A stretch of DNA of 53,491 nt from Comamonadaceae bacterium. Lineage in GTDB: Bacteria > Pseudomonadota > Gammaproteobacteria > Burkholderiales > Burkholderiaceae_C. The position numbers and the translations under genes were made by a program. The stretch lies in NCBI GenBank assembly GCA_947464665.1, contig CANHXV010000001.1, positions 1 to 53,491 of the forward strand, written 5' to 3'. Of the stretch, positions 9,318-18,472 are shown one piece after another. The notes beneath the pieces are model-generated. The model was given only the letters and a program-made list of their open reading frames with translations. It searched no databases and was not told the DNA's origin. Within the stretch, counting starts at the first letter, position 1. Each line of letters starts with the position of its first letter.

Positions 9318-9730
9318 GCAACAACACACAAACCATGCCCTTGGCGGGGCGCCGTATTTTGATCGGCAAACCAGGACTAGATGGTCATGACATTGGTGCA
9401 AAAATAATCGCCTTAACGCTTCGCGATGCCGGCGCAGAAGTCATCTACACAGGTTTGCGACGAAGCCCATTGCAAATTGCACAAGTTGCAATTGACGAAG
9501 GTGTGGATGCTGTGGGTCTCAGCATTTTGTCGGGTAGTCACAAAGAGTTGGTAGAAAACGTCATGGCTGAATTGAAAAATCTCAAGGCCGACAGCGTCAA
9601 GGTTTTTGTGGGCGGGACCATTCCCAAATCTGACCATGCGTTCCTCAGTCAGCTGGGAGTTGCTGCTGTATTTACTGCTGATATGTCCTTGGAAGAAGTC
9701 GTACAAGAACTAGCGATTCAACTTTCATGA
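9314..9730 (+). CDS. Acyl-CoA mutase small subunit (cobalamin-binding domain)
   Basis: KPGLDGHDIGAK (DxHxxG), GLSILSGSH and VGGTIP. ATG at 9314 overlaps the large-subunit TGA. Confidence 0.95.
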   Translation: MSNNTQTMPLAGRRILIGKPGLDGHDIGAKIIALTLRDAGAEVIYTGLRRSPLQIAQVAIDEGVDAVGLSILSGSHKELVENVMAELKNLKADSVKVFVGGTIPKSDHAFLSQLGVAAVFTADMSLEEVVQELAIQLS

Positions 9731-10896
9731 ACAAGCCAACGGGTTTTTCCGCTGGGCCGCTGGCGGGCATTCGCATCATTGAAGTTGGCCACATGTTGGC
9801 TGGGCCTTATTGCGGCTTGTTACTGGCTGACATGGGGGCAGAAGTTATCAAAATCGAACCTCGCAATGGCGACATTGCGCGTCACGTTAGCCCTCACTTT
9901 ATTGGCCCCCACAACGCCTACTTTGCAAGTTTGAACAGAAACAAGCAAAGCATTGTGTTAGATCTGGCAAGTCATGAGGGGCGGCAGGAACTTGAAAAAT
10001 TAGTCTCCAACTCTCACGCGCTGATCACCAATTTACGACCGTCAGCCATACGCAAACTGGGACTGACCTACGACAGCCTCGGCATGCACAATCAGAAGTT
10101 TGTGTGCGTTGCACTCACTGGTTACGGACTAGAAGGCCCCTATTCAGAAAATCCAGCATATGACTACGTCATACAAGCTCTTACAGGCGTGATGTCACTG
10201 ACTGGGGACCCCTCAGCGCCACCCACCAAGGCTGGCTATTCGGCTGTAGACAACTCAGCCGGCATGGTGGCAGCCATGGGGCTTTTGGCAAAAATTGTAG
10301 AAGGAAAGGGCGGCCAAGTGGATGTGGCGATGTATGACGTGATGTTGTCACAGCTCAACTATTTGGTGGGTGCATCCCTGAATGCAAACGAAGAGATTAA
10401 ACGTTACGCTCATTCATCACACCCCTACATGGTGCCTGCGCAAATTTTTCTAACCGCTAAAGGCTGGCTAACGTTGTTCATCACCCATGACAAATTTTGG
10501 GCAAAATTTTGTCATGAAATTGGAAAACCTGAGTGGATTACAGACGAAGTATTTGCAAGTATGGCATCAAGACGTCAGAACAGAGATGTCGTGTTAACAG
10601 CCATCATGGCCATTCTAAAGACTCAAAGCGCTGAAATTTGGGTCAAGCGTTTGGCACCGCTAGGGCTGGTCGTTTCCGAAGTGAGCACACTTAACCAGGC
10701 GCTAGACAGCGAACTCACATCAGCACGCGGACTTGTGGTTAATCTCGTCAACGACTCGGGAGAGCAAACGCTTCCTTTGCGCGCCATTGGAAGCCTTGTA
10801 CGATTTAATGGGTATCAACCTCAATACCGATTGCCACCCTTGCTTGACGAACATCACGAAGTCATTCTTGGAAAGCCCAAGGAGGCTCTAACTTGA
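9727..10896 (+). CDS. Family III (CaiB/BaiF) CoA-transferase
   Basis: GPLAGIRIIE, AGPYCGLLLADMGAEVIKIE, LNRNKQSI, NLRP and AYDYVIQA. Confidence 0.95.
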   Translation: MNKPTGFSAGPLAGIRIIEVGHMLAGPYCGLLLADMGAEVIKIEPRNGDIARHVSPHFIGPHNAYFASLNRNKQSIVLDLASHEGRQELEKLVSNSHALITNLRPSAIRKLGLTYDSLGMHNQKFVCVALTGYGLEGPYSENPAYDYVIQALTGVMSLTGDPSAPPTKAGYSAVDNSAGMVAAMGLLAKIVEGKGGQVDVAMYDVMLSQLNYLVGASLNANEEIKRYAHSSHPYMVPAQIFLTAKGWLTLFITHDKFWAKFCHEIGKPEWITDEVFASMASRRQNRDVVLTAIMAILKTQSAEIWVKRLAPLGLVVSEVSTLNQALDSELTSARGLVVNLVNDSGEQTLPLRAIGSLVRFNGYQPQYRLPPLLDEHHEVILGKPKEALT

Positions 10897-11822
10897 GCGA
10901 TTCTGAGCAACGCACAAAGCTGAATCGATTTGCATTGGGACGCCAATTGACAGCCCTGGCAAATACCAGTCCGCAGGAGATGCTGGACAAAATGCCGTCT
11001 GATGCCGCAAAGCATCAAGCCCAGCGTATTGGCCTGACGGGTGCGCCGGGCTCCGGCAAAAGCACATTGGGCGGTCAGCTTGCAATGCACCGCCTCATTC
11101 GAGAAAGTGCTGTGCAACGATTAGGTATTTTGGCCATAGACCCCAGCAGTCCAAAATCCGGTGGCGCTATCTTAGGCGATCGAATCCGCATGGATGAATT
11201 ACCAGGGAGCGCTGAACTGTTCATTCGCTCGCTAGGCTCAAGAAGTACTGCCGACGGACTGACAGACAACCTTCCAGAAATGCTGGACCTCATGGACAGC
11301 TTTGAATTTGATGAAGTCTTGATTGAAACCGTTGGCGTCGGCCAGGTCGAATATGCAGTGCGTTTACAAGTCGACACGCTGGTGTTGGTTCTTTTACCCA
11401 ACAGCGGCGACATGGTGCAAGCCATGAAATCAGGCATCATGGAAATGCCCGACATCTTTGTGGTCAACAAATCTGACCTTTCAGGTGCAGATCGAACTGC
11501 CGCAGACATTGAGCGAATCACAGCTTTGAGAAAAATAACCAAGGTGCAATGGCACCCTCAAGTGCTATTGGTTTCAAATTCCAAACCGGAAAGTATTGTG
11601 GCGCTGTCAAAAGAAATTGACCGTCACCAAAATTGGCTTATCACTTCGGGTGAACAACAAAAAATTCAAATTGATCGGGCGCGCTACAGGCTTCGACGAA
11701 TTATCGAACGTCGGGTGCAGCAGGTCATTGATGAACTTGGCGACACAGACATGAAACAAGCATTACCCGAGCAGTTTGAAAAGGTCATCAGCAAACTCCG
11801 AGGGGCACGAAATTCAATTTAA
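10893..11822 (+). CDS. meaB: MeaB/ArgK G-protein chaperone of B12 mutases
   Basis: GAPGSGKST, DPSSPKSGGAILGDRIRM, ETVGVGQ and NKSD, adjacent to the mutase genes. Confidence 0.92.
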   Translation: MSDSEQRTKLNRFALGRQLTALANTSPQEMLDKMPSDAAKHQAQRIGLTGAPGSGKSTLGGQLAMHRLIRESAVQRLGILAIDPSSPKSGGAILGDRIRMDELPGSAELFIRSLGSRSTADGLTDNLPEMLDLMDSFEFDEVLIETVGVGQVEYAVRLQVDTLVLVLLPNSGDMVQAMKSGIMEMPDIFVVNKSDLSGADRTAADIERITALRKITKVQWHPQVLLVSNSKPESIVALSKEIDRHQNWLITSGEQQKIQIDRARYRLRRIIERRVQQVIDELGDTDMKQALPEQFEKVISKLRGARNSI

Positions 11823-12442
11823 TGCTTGGCTGCCAACTCTGGCGCCACGCCATCTGGCAAAGGATACGCATCGACATTGAGGGACATTGAAACCAATGTG
11901 TAGTAACTCATGGTGGCCATAAGGTCAACAACGCCACGCTCACCAAAATGTTTCGTAACTTCGGCAAACGTTGAATCACTGACTTTTCGAGTTTGAATTA
12001 ACTCATTGCAAAATTCAAAGACAGAATTGACATCTGCGGGCAAGTTCTTGGGCTTCGGCGTTTGATTTGCAATCGCTTTAATCAGCGCCACTGGCAGGCC
12101 AGCTTCTTCAGCAATTCGGCGATGGGCCCACCATACAAATTGGGCCGTTCAATCACGCGCCACCAGCAAAATGGCCAACTCATTGAGTGCGAGAGGCAAA
12201 GACGAATTGAAGCGAGTGTGGGCCCCAAACGACTGCGCAAGATGTCCTACTTCAGGACTTCGCAACAAGACGTTGTAAGGGCCTTGCATGTTGCCACGCT
12301 TCCCGCCCAAAACAGCACGGGTCATTTGTTGCTGTTAAGGCGACATGGTTTCCCATGTCAGGGGCTTGAAGCGATTGCCTCTTAATTCAAACGGTGGCAC
12401 CTGATACGGACTCTGCTGCATGTTTTCAGATGCGTTGGTCAT
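11819..12442 (-). pseudogene. Carboxymuconolactone decarboxylase (CMD/AhpD) family pseudogene
   Basis: One 208-codon frame from ATG 12442 reads ...RFKPLTWETMSP*QQQ...GPYNVLLRSPE...NELAILLVARD*TAQFVWWAH...FGERGVVDL. In-frame stops at 12335-12337 (TAA) and 12149-12151 (TGA, where Trp is expected). Confidence 0.88.
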
Positions 12443-12449
12443 GAATACT

Positions 12450-13274
12450 TTAAATGGGTTGATCGCCTTGCAGCGTAATCCGGTGCAAGACGCGGCGGAA
12501 GCCATGATAGTCGTTCACGGGATTGTGCTGTGCGCAACGGTTGTCCCAAAATGCGACTGCATCTGGCTCCCAAGACCATCGGCAGGTGAACTCAGGCTTG
12601 ACTTGATGCTCAAACAAAAAGGACAACAAGGATGCGCTTTCCTTGTCTGTTAAGCCTTCAATGCCAGCGGTGTGCGCCACATTGACGTAGAGCGCTTTGC
12701 GGCCAGTCTCGGGGTGAGTGCGAACCACAGGATGCGAACTACTGAAACTTTTGGGGGAAGATTCAATGCCATCTGACTTGATACGATCTTCCCTGGTTTT
12801 GGAAACATCTGCTTTGGCCGAGGTGTTGACTCCCTTCAAGCCATGTAACAAACGTTGCATGGTGTCTGACAAGGCCTCGTAAGCGGCATATTGGCAAGCA
12901 AACAAGGTGTCACCGCCATAAGGGGGAATTTCTTTCGAAAGCAACATCGAACCCATGGGCGGTATATCTAAATAAGCAGTGTCAGAGTGCCATACACCAC
13001 CAAAGTTGACCTTCTCGTGTTCTAACTTTTTCACTTCGATGATTTGCGGAAAGTCTTCGAAGCCTTTGACGAAGGGATATTCAATGGGCTCGCCCATGGC
13101 TTTGGCAAAGTTCATGAATTGTTGCGAAGTGAGCGCTTGATTGCGAAAAAATATGACGCTGTTTTTTAAAAATACATCACGAACTTCTTTCGTTAAATCT
13201 GGCGACATGGATTGCGTTAAATCAACCCCAGAAATTTCAGCGCCCAAGCTACCCGCAATTCTTTTGATTTTCAT
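12450..13274 (-). CDS. TauD/TfdA family Fe(II)/2-oxoglutarate dioxygenase
   Basis: LGAEISGVDL, WHSD, GGDTLF, HPVVRTHPETGRKALYVN and WDNRCAQH. Confidence 0.95.
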   Translation of the reverse strand: MKIKRIAGSLGAEISGVDLTQSMSPDLTKEVRDVFLKNSVIFFRNQALTSQQFMNFAKAMGEPIEYPFVKGFEDFPQIIEVKKLEHEKVNFGGVWHSDTAYLDIPPMGSMLLSKEIPPYGGDTLFACQYAAYEALSDTMQRLLHGLKGVNTSAKADVSKTREDRIKSDGIESSPKSFSSSHPVVRTHPETGRKALYVNVAHTAGIEGLTDKESASLLSFLFEHQVKPEFTCRWSWEPDAVAFWDNRCAQHNPVNDYHGFRRVLHRITLQGDQPI

Positions 13275-13500
13275 AGCCAATTTTCTCGAACTTAATTAAA
13301 CAGCAGTCGAACCCGTAATGCTGGATCAACTCTGCGATTGGGTTTTTATTCTAATACCGATTTTTTGTTATAACAGAAGTGCCAAGGATGCAGTGGATTG
13401 GCTACTGACCTGCCATCTTTAGACGAACCAATGATGGATAATTAGTACGTTTTTTTGACCCTGACCGAGTGTGTTGAAAATCAGTTACCAGAAGCAGTCC

Positions 13501-14349
13501 TCAAATTTCTAAGTTATCAATGAGACGGGTGTTCCCCAACTTGGCCGCGCCCAGAACCACCAGCGCATCTCCTGTTTGTGGTGCCCGCAGGTCAGAGCGC
13601 CGACGCACGGTGAGGTAGTCTGGTTGCCAGCCTCTTTTGCGAAGACCTTCTATGGCTTTGTCTTCTAAGTCGGGTAAATGGGCTTGCAGTGAGTTTGCAA
13701 AGACCTGTGCGTTTTGGCCCAGTTTGCGCAGAGCAATTGACAGGTACAGAGCCTCGGCCCTTTCACTATCATTCAGGTACCCATTACGTGAACTTAGTGC
13801 CAGCCCGTCGGCGTCGCGACAAGTCTCTGCCCCTTGGATGGTGATGGGCAAAGCGAACTGGCGCACCATTTGCTGAATGACTAAAAGTTGCTGGTAGTCC
13901 TTCTTGCCAAACACGGCAGAGCCTTGGGCTTTGCCCGCAAACACGGCCATAAAGAGCTTCATCACCACGGTGGATACGCCGGTAAAAAAACCAGGACGAA
14001 AGTGACCTTCCAAGATGTCGGCCAAGGCCGGATCGGCATGGACTTTGACGACCTGGGGCTCGGGATACAGATCGTTTTCGCGCGGTGCAAACAGAACATC
14101 GCAGCCGGCGGCTTTCAGTTGAGCGCAGTCGTTTTCCCAGGTGCGTGGGTAACTGTCAAAGTCTTCATGCGGTAAGAACTGAAGCCGGTTGACAAAAATA
14201 CTGGCTACGATGCAGTCGCCAAGTGGCTTGGCTTGGTTGATCAGCGCGATGTGCCCAGCATGCAGATTACCCATGGTGGGCACAAAAGCCGGGTGTTGCG
14301 CACTGGCCAGATGTTTGCGAAGTTCGGCAACAGAGTGGACGATATGCAT
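13501..14349 (-). CDS. panC: Pantoate--beta-alanine ligase
   Basis: FVPTMGNLHAGH, SIFVNRLQF, RPGFFTGV, FGKKDYQQ, LALSSRN and RLIDN. Confidence 0.97.
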   Translation of the reverse strand: MHIVHSVAELRKHLASAQHPAFVPTMGNLHAGHIALINQAKPLGDCIVASIFVNRLQFLPHEDFDSYPRTWENDCAQLKAAGCDVLFAPRENDLYPEPQVVKVHADPALADILEGHFRPGFFTGVSTVVMKLFMAVFAGKAQGSAVFGKKDYQQLLVIQQMVRQFALPITIQGAETCRDADGLALSSRNGYLNDSERAEALYLSIALRKLGQNAQVFANSLQAHLPDLEDKAIEGLRKRGWQPDYLTVRRRSDLRAPQTGDALVVLGAAKLGNTRLIDNLEI

Positions 14350-14478
14350 TTAAAAAATCCAAAAATTAGTCCTCAAGAGGACTTACCTAGCGTGCACTCA
14401 TATCGTTTCGTGAGCAAAATATGATCAGAATTGTAAAACACATTAGAAGCCTCGCCCGTGCCAACTTTAGGCACCGTT

Positions 14479-15282
14479 TTATGGGGCAAGAAAATAGTCT
14501 ACAAGTTTCGATATTTGCCCAAGCATCATTTCACGCCCTTTTACAACCTCACACCCGCAGTCTTGCGCAAGTTTTATGAGGGGTGTGATCTCAGGCATCA
14601 CGATGGCATCAAACACAACTAAATCCTTGTTGAAAGTTTCTACTGCCAATGGCAGCCTTGCGTCGCTTAGCATGCCAACAGGGGAGGCGTTCATCAAAAC
14701 ATCGATGTCATCACAACGAGGGGTGCCCACGTCTACGACAGTTTGAGGACTGATTTGCTTGACCAACTGCATCATCTGTTCAGACCTGCGTTCATTTAAA
14801 TCGAACAGTCTCATCAGGCTGGGTTTTTCATGAGCCACAGCGACGCAGATGGCCGAGCCAGCGCCTCCAAGGCCAATCAGTTGAATGCGTTTGTTTGTCA
14901 GTGAGATGCCACGACGTTTAAAGGCTTCCACGCAGCCCAGGCCATCAAATATTTCACCACACCAATCGCCATGACTTTGGCGCTTGATTGCATTGATTGC
15001 TCTTACCAGCGAAGCTTGTTGGCCCAGAGTCTTGGTCAATCCTAGCGCTTTGACTTTGTATGGAATGGTAAAAATCAGACCGTCAAGATTGCGAATTTGC
15101 ATGATTTCTGGGATGACATGATCGAAATCACTCTGGGCGATGTGAATGGGAATCATCACAGCGTTATAGGGTCGTTGATGGAATTCCCATGTCACCATTT
15201 CGGGAGATCTGACCTGTTCAATAGGATCACCGACGATGCCAAACACGCGCGTTTTACCGTTGATGAAGTCGACTTGGTTCAT
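14479..15282 (-). CDS. Shikimate dehydrogenase family protein (not canonical AroE)
   Basis: GDPIEQVRSP, TIPYK, GLGGAG and NASPVGM. The usual NTD motif is replaced by IFD. Confidence 0.88.
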   Translation of the reverse strand: MNQVDFINGKTRVFGIVGDPIEQVRSPEMVTWEFHQRPYNAVMIPIHIAQSDFDHVIPEIMQIRNLDGLIFTIPYKVKALGLTKTLGQQASLVRAINAIKRQSHGDWCGEIFDGLGCVEAFKRRGISLTNKRIQLIGLGGAGSAICVAVAHEKPSLMRLFDLNERRSEQMMQLVKQISPQTVVDVGTPRCDDIDVLMNASPVGMLSDARLPLAVETFNKDLVVFDAIVMPEITPLIKLAQDCGCEVVKGREMMLGQISKLVDYFLAP

Positions 15283-15486
15283 AAGACAATTTCCTTGTTA
15301 CCAATGACGTGGCCGCTGCGCAAGCTCAGGCATCAGGTTAGTCCGTTCAACGCAGAAGCGAACGAACAGTTAGGCCAGCGTTAAAGCACCGCGTGCAAGA
15401 TACATATCGCCAAACGCCAAACGCCTACCGCAGGGACGACTTAGGAGACTTTAATACAACTCATCTACCTCTGCTCATTTCGCTAG

Positions 15487-15594
15487 GTGCGTCTGGTGCC
15501 ACCTTTCTATATGATCCTTCTTGGACTGCTGTTACTGATTGCGTTGATGCTATCAGTTAGCACGGTATTACCCGATGCCATATTTGGCAAGTAG
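15487..15594 (+). pseudogene. Possible C-terminal remnant of a TRAP large permease (DctM-like)
   Basis: Frame VRLVPPFYMILLGLLLLIALMLSVSTVLPDAIFGK* resembles DctM C-termini. Its stop overlaps the AGGAG RBS of the aldolase gene, and the frame is closed upstream by TAG. Confidence 0.45.
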
Positions 15595-15605
15595 GAGTTC
15601 GCAGT

Positions 15606-16379
15606 ATGCACGCTACTATCCGCAAAGACGCCCTGACCGGCCGCTTGCTAACAGGCACTTGGCTGAGTCTTGGCCATGCCGCCGCCGCCGAGATGGCGGC
15701 GCAGGCCGGCTTTGACTGGCTTCTTATCGACCACGAACATGGTGTCAGCGATTGGCGCGAACTGGAACATCAATTGCAGGCTGCTGCAGCTGGCGGTAGC
15801 GCTGCAACTGTCTTGCGCGTGGGGGCCGTTGACGCTACGGTCTTCAAGCGAGCGTTTGATCTTGGTGTTCACGGATTGATGGTGCCTGATGTTCGCGATG
15901 CGCGAACCGCGTTGCAAGTGGTGGACTTTTCCAGGGTGCCTCCGCTTGGACAACGTGGCGCTGCGACTTCCACGCGCAATAGTGCCTATGGCCGGGACTA
16001 CACAAAATACGTCGCCACCATCAACGATAGACTGTGGCTAATGGCGCAGATCGAGTCAAGCGAAGGGCTGGCGCAGGCTGAGGCGATTGCTGCGGTCGAC
16101 GGTATCGACGTGCTTTTTGTCGGGCCCACTGATCTAGGTATTGCGCTGGGATTGGGGGCTGGAACCCCTTCAGATCCGAAGTTTCGCGACGTGCTTTTAC
16201 AAGTGGTAAAAGCTGCAACTCTGCATGGTAAGGCAGCCGGAGTGCTGGCACGTGACGCAGCGCAGGCACAAGAATATCTGGCTCTTGGATACAGCGTCAT
16301 ATCGATGGGTTCTGACCGCGGCATTTTGGCGCAGGGTATGCGTCAGTGCGCCCAACAACTTCGGAAACTAGTGTCATGA
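15606..16379 (+). CDS. HpcH/HpaI family aldolase
   Basis: FDWLLIDHEHG, LRV, PPLGQRG, QIES and FVGPTDL. Confidence 0.93.
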   Translation: MHATIRKDALTGRLLTGTWLSLGHAAAAEMAAQAGFDWLLIDHEHGVSDWRELEHQLQAAAAGGSAATVLRVGAVDATVFKRAFDLGVHGLMVPDVRDARTALQVVDFSRVPPLGQRGAATSTRNSAYGRDYTKYVATINDRLWLMAQIESSEGLAQAEAIAAVDGIDVLFVGPTDLGIALGLGAGTPSDPKFRDVLLQVVKAATLHGKAAGVLARDAAQAQEYLALGYSVISMGSDRGILAQGMRQCAQQLRKLVS

Positions 16380-17833
16380 GTTCGCGCAGACGAGGCGACG
16401 AACTGTTGACGGTTGATCTGGGTACACAGAGCCTACGTCTGGTTGCCTATGACAATACTGGTAGCAGACAGTGGGCTTGGTCGGCGCCCGTAGATTCTCA
16501 CATCGATGGCGATGTTTATGAGCAGTCTCCTGAGCAATGGGAGTCACTGCTGTTGCAAGGATTACAAGAAGCGCAACATGCTGGTGTTAAGCCCTTAGCG
16601 ATAGCTGCGGCAGGTACTTTGGCAGGCTACGTGGCGGTGGGTTCCGACGGCCGCTCGTTGGGAGCTGCCACGATGTACCCCGACCGACGCGCGACAGGTC
16701 AAGTCAGTCGCGTTTCTCAGGTGCTGCGTGCTGTGGGAAACGACGATGGACTTCGCGTGCACGCCGCAGACCCTTTACCGCAATGGCTAGACTTGGTCGC
16801 GCGCACTCCCGAAAAGGCGCGCCACACCAGTCACTTTTTGGACTCTACCGGCTGGCTCAATCACCTGCTAAGCGGAGAGTCAACGCTTAACGCCTTTACC
16901 GGACTTCGACTTTACGACGCTAACGTACGCAAGGCCTTATCCGTGGATAACGCGCCTTTTGGACGCATTGTCAAAGTGGGACAAGAGGTCGGTGAGATGC
17001 GGCCCGAGCTGGTTGCACGCTTCGACTTTGGCCGTGTCCGAGTGATCTCAGCCGCGTTCGATAGCAAGAGTGCCTATCTTGGGGCTGGCTTGTTCTCGCC
17101 TGGGGAAGCTGTAGATATCTCTGGCACAGTCAGTTCCCTTGGGGTCTTGTGGCAACAAAGAATTGACGATCCAGATCGACGCATCTACAGCGTCCCCTTT
17201 GTTGGTCAGCATCTAGTTCGCGGGTCGACGGCAGCTGCTGGTAGTTCCTTGGAATGGATGTGCCGAAACCTGTTATGTGAAGATCCAATAGCGCTTGAGC
17301 AGCTTGCTTCCCAGGCGCCTCCAGGCGCCAACGGACTGACTTTTTTGCCTTACCTATCTGGTGAGCGTTCACCTCTTTGGAATCCTTGGGCAAGCGGTGC
17401 CATGCTTGGACTTCGCTTGAGCAGCAATTCAGCCGACTTTGCGCGCGCGGTCTTTGAGGGTCTGGCTTTCTCAGTGGGCCATATTGCTGACGTGATGCGA
17501 GGCTGCGGCGTTGAAATGCAAAGCGTGCGATTGGCAGGTGGTTTGGCGCGCAGTTCACTTCTAGGGCAAATCAAAGCCGACGTTTTGCGAGTTCCAGTCG
17601 CACCCTTCGTTGACCATGAACTTACTTCTCAGGGCTTGGCTGCGATCCTGGCCGTGGCCACCGGGCAGGCGGTCGACTTGGTCCAAGCCAGTAGGCGACT
17701 CAACACGATCGAGCGCTGGGTCGAACCGCAGCAGTCAACACGCGCAGCATATCGCGATGCTTACGAGCGCTATAGATCCGCTTCGGCATGCTTGGAGCCC
17801 AGCTACGTCAGCTCAATGAAACCCATGATTTGA
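16376..17833 (+). CDS. FGGY family carbohydrate kinase (xylulokinase-like)
   Basis: VDLGTQSLR, FLPYLSGERSPLW, RAVFEGLAF and GGLARS...QIKADVL. ATG overlaps the aldolase stop. Confidence 0.9.
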   Translation: MSSRRRGDELLTVDLGTQSLRLVAYDNTGSRQWAWSAPVDSHIDGDVYEQSPEQWESLLLQGLQEAQHAGVKPLAIAAAGTLAGYVAVGSDGRSLGAATMYPDRRATGQVSRVSQVLRAVGNDDGLRVHAADPLPQWLDLVARTPEKARHTSHFLDSTGWLNHLLSGESTLNAFTGLRLYDANVRKALSVDNAPFGRIVKVGQEVGEMRPELVARFDFGRVRVISAAFDSKSAYLGAGLFSPGEAVDISGTVSSLGVLWQQRIDDPDRRIYSVPFVGQHLVRGSTAAAGSSLEWMCRNLLCEDPIALEQLASQAPPGANGLTFLPYLSGERSPLWNPWASGAMLGLRLSSNSADFARAVFEGLAFSVGHIADVMRGCGVEMQSVRLAGGLARSSLLGQIKADVLRVPVAPFVDHELTSQGLAAILAVATGQAVDLVQASRRLNTIERWVEPQQSTRAAYRDAYERYRSASACLEPSYVSSMKPMI

Positions 17834-17965
17834 AAAAGTAAGCTGCGGATTGCACGGACTGCTAAGTCCTTGTGCGTCCACCCCAAATAAGGGTAGATAC
17901 TGGAGACGTCGTTTACAGTTCGTCACATTCACATCGTAAAGCCCTAGGCCCTTTCCGGAGACACC

Positions 17966-18472
17966 ATGACACATTCCCTCAAATCATCGTTGGCCATCTT
18001 ATCGAGCCTGTTACTCGCCTTACCCATATTTGCGCAGCACTCACATGGCAAGGGTGCGCTCCAACTTAGTTTGAACGGCGATGTCCTGCAAGGCCAGTGG
18101 ACCATGCCAATGGAAGCCTTGCTTGGTTTTGAACATTTGCCCAAAACAGCTGCTCAAACTGATGCCATGAACCAGTTGCAGAGATCTTTGCAAAACGCAA
18201 GTTATTTCATTGAATTGCCTGTGGAGGCAAAGTGTCAGCAACTTGAAGTGAAGGCTGAATCAGACATGTTTCAGGGCATCAAAGGCAAAGGGCACAGTGA
18301 TTTGAACTATGCTTTCAAATTTAAGTGTGCCAACCCTCAAGCGTTGACTAAATTTGGTTTTCCCTTTTTCAAGTCGCACGTCCGTTCAAACCAGTTGAAG
18401 TTGGAATGGGTGTCGCAGGGCGCTCAAAAAGCTGCAACGGTGCGTTCCAGTAAACCATCTTTTTCACCATGA
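17966..18472 (+). CDS. zrgA: ZrgA/DUF2796 periplasmic zinc-uptake protein
   Basis: Signal peptide, HSHG, PMEALLGFEH and HSDL..Y.F.C. First gene of a zrgABCD-like unit. Confidence 0.8.
   Translation: MTHSLKSSLAILSSLLLALPIFAQHSHGKGALQLSLNGDVLQGQWTMPMEALLGFEHLPKTAAQTDAMNQLQRSLQNASYFIELPVEAKCQQLEVKAESDMFQGIKGKGHSDLNYAFKFKCANPQALTKFGFPFFKSHVRSNQLKLEWVSQGAQKAATVRSSKPSFSP

Noticed and set aside
12149-12151. TGA recoding (selenocysteine or Trp) in the CMD gene
   Set aside because: A TAA stop also interrupts the frame, and TGA is a normal stop for many genes in this window.
13365-13378. Palindrome TGTTATAACA upstream of the TauD-family gene
   Set aside because: Short and AT-rich with no adjacent cognate regulator, so it could be chance.
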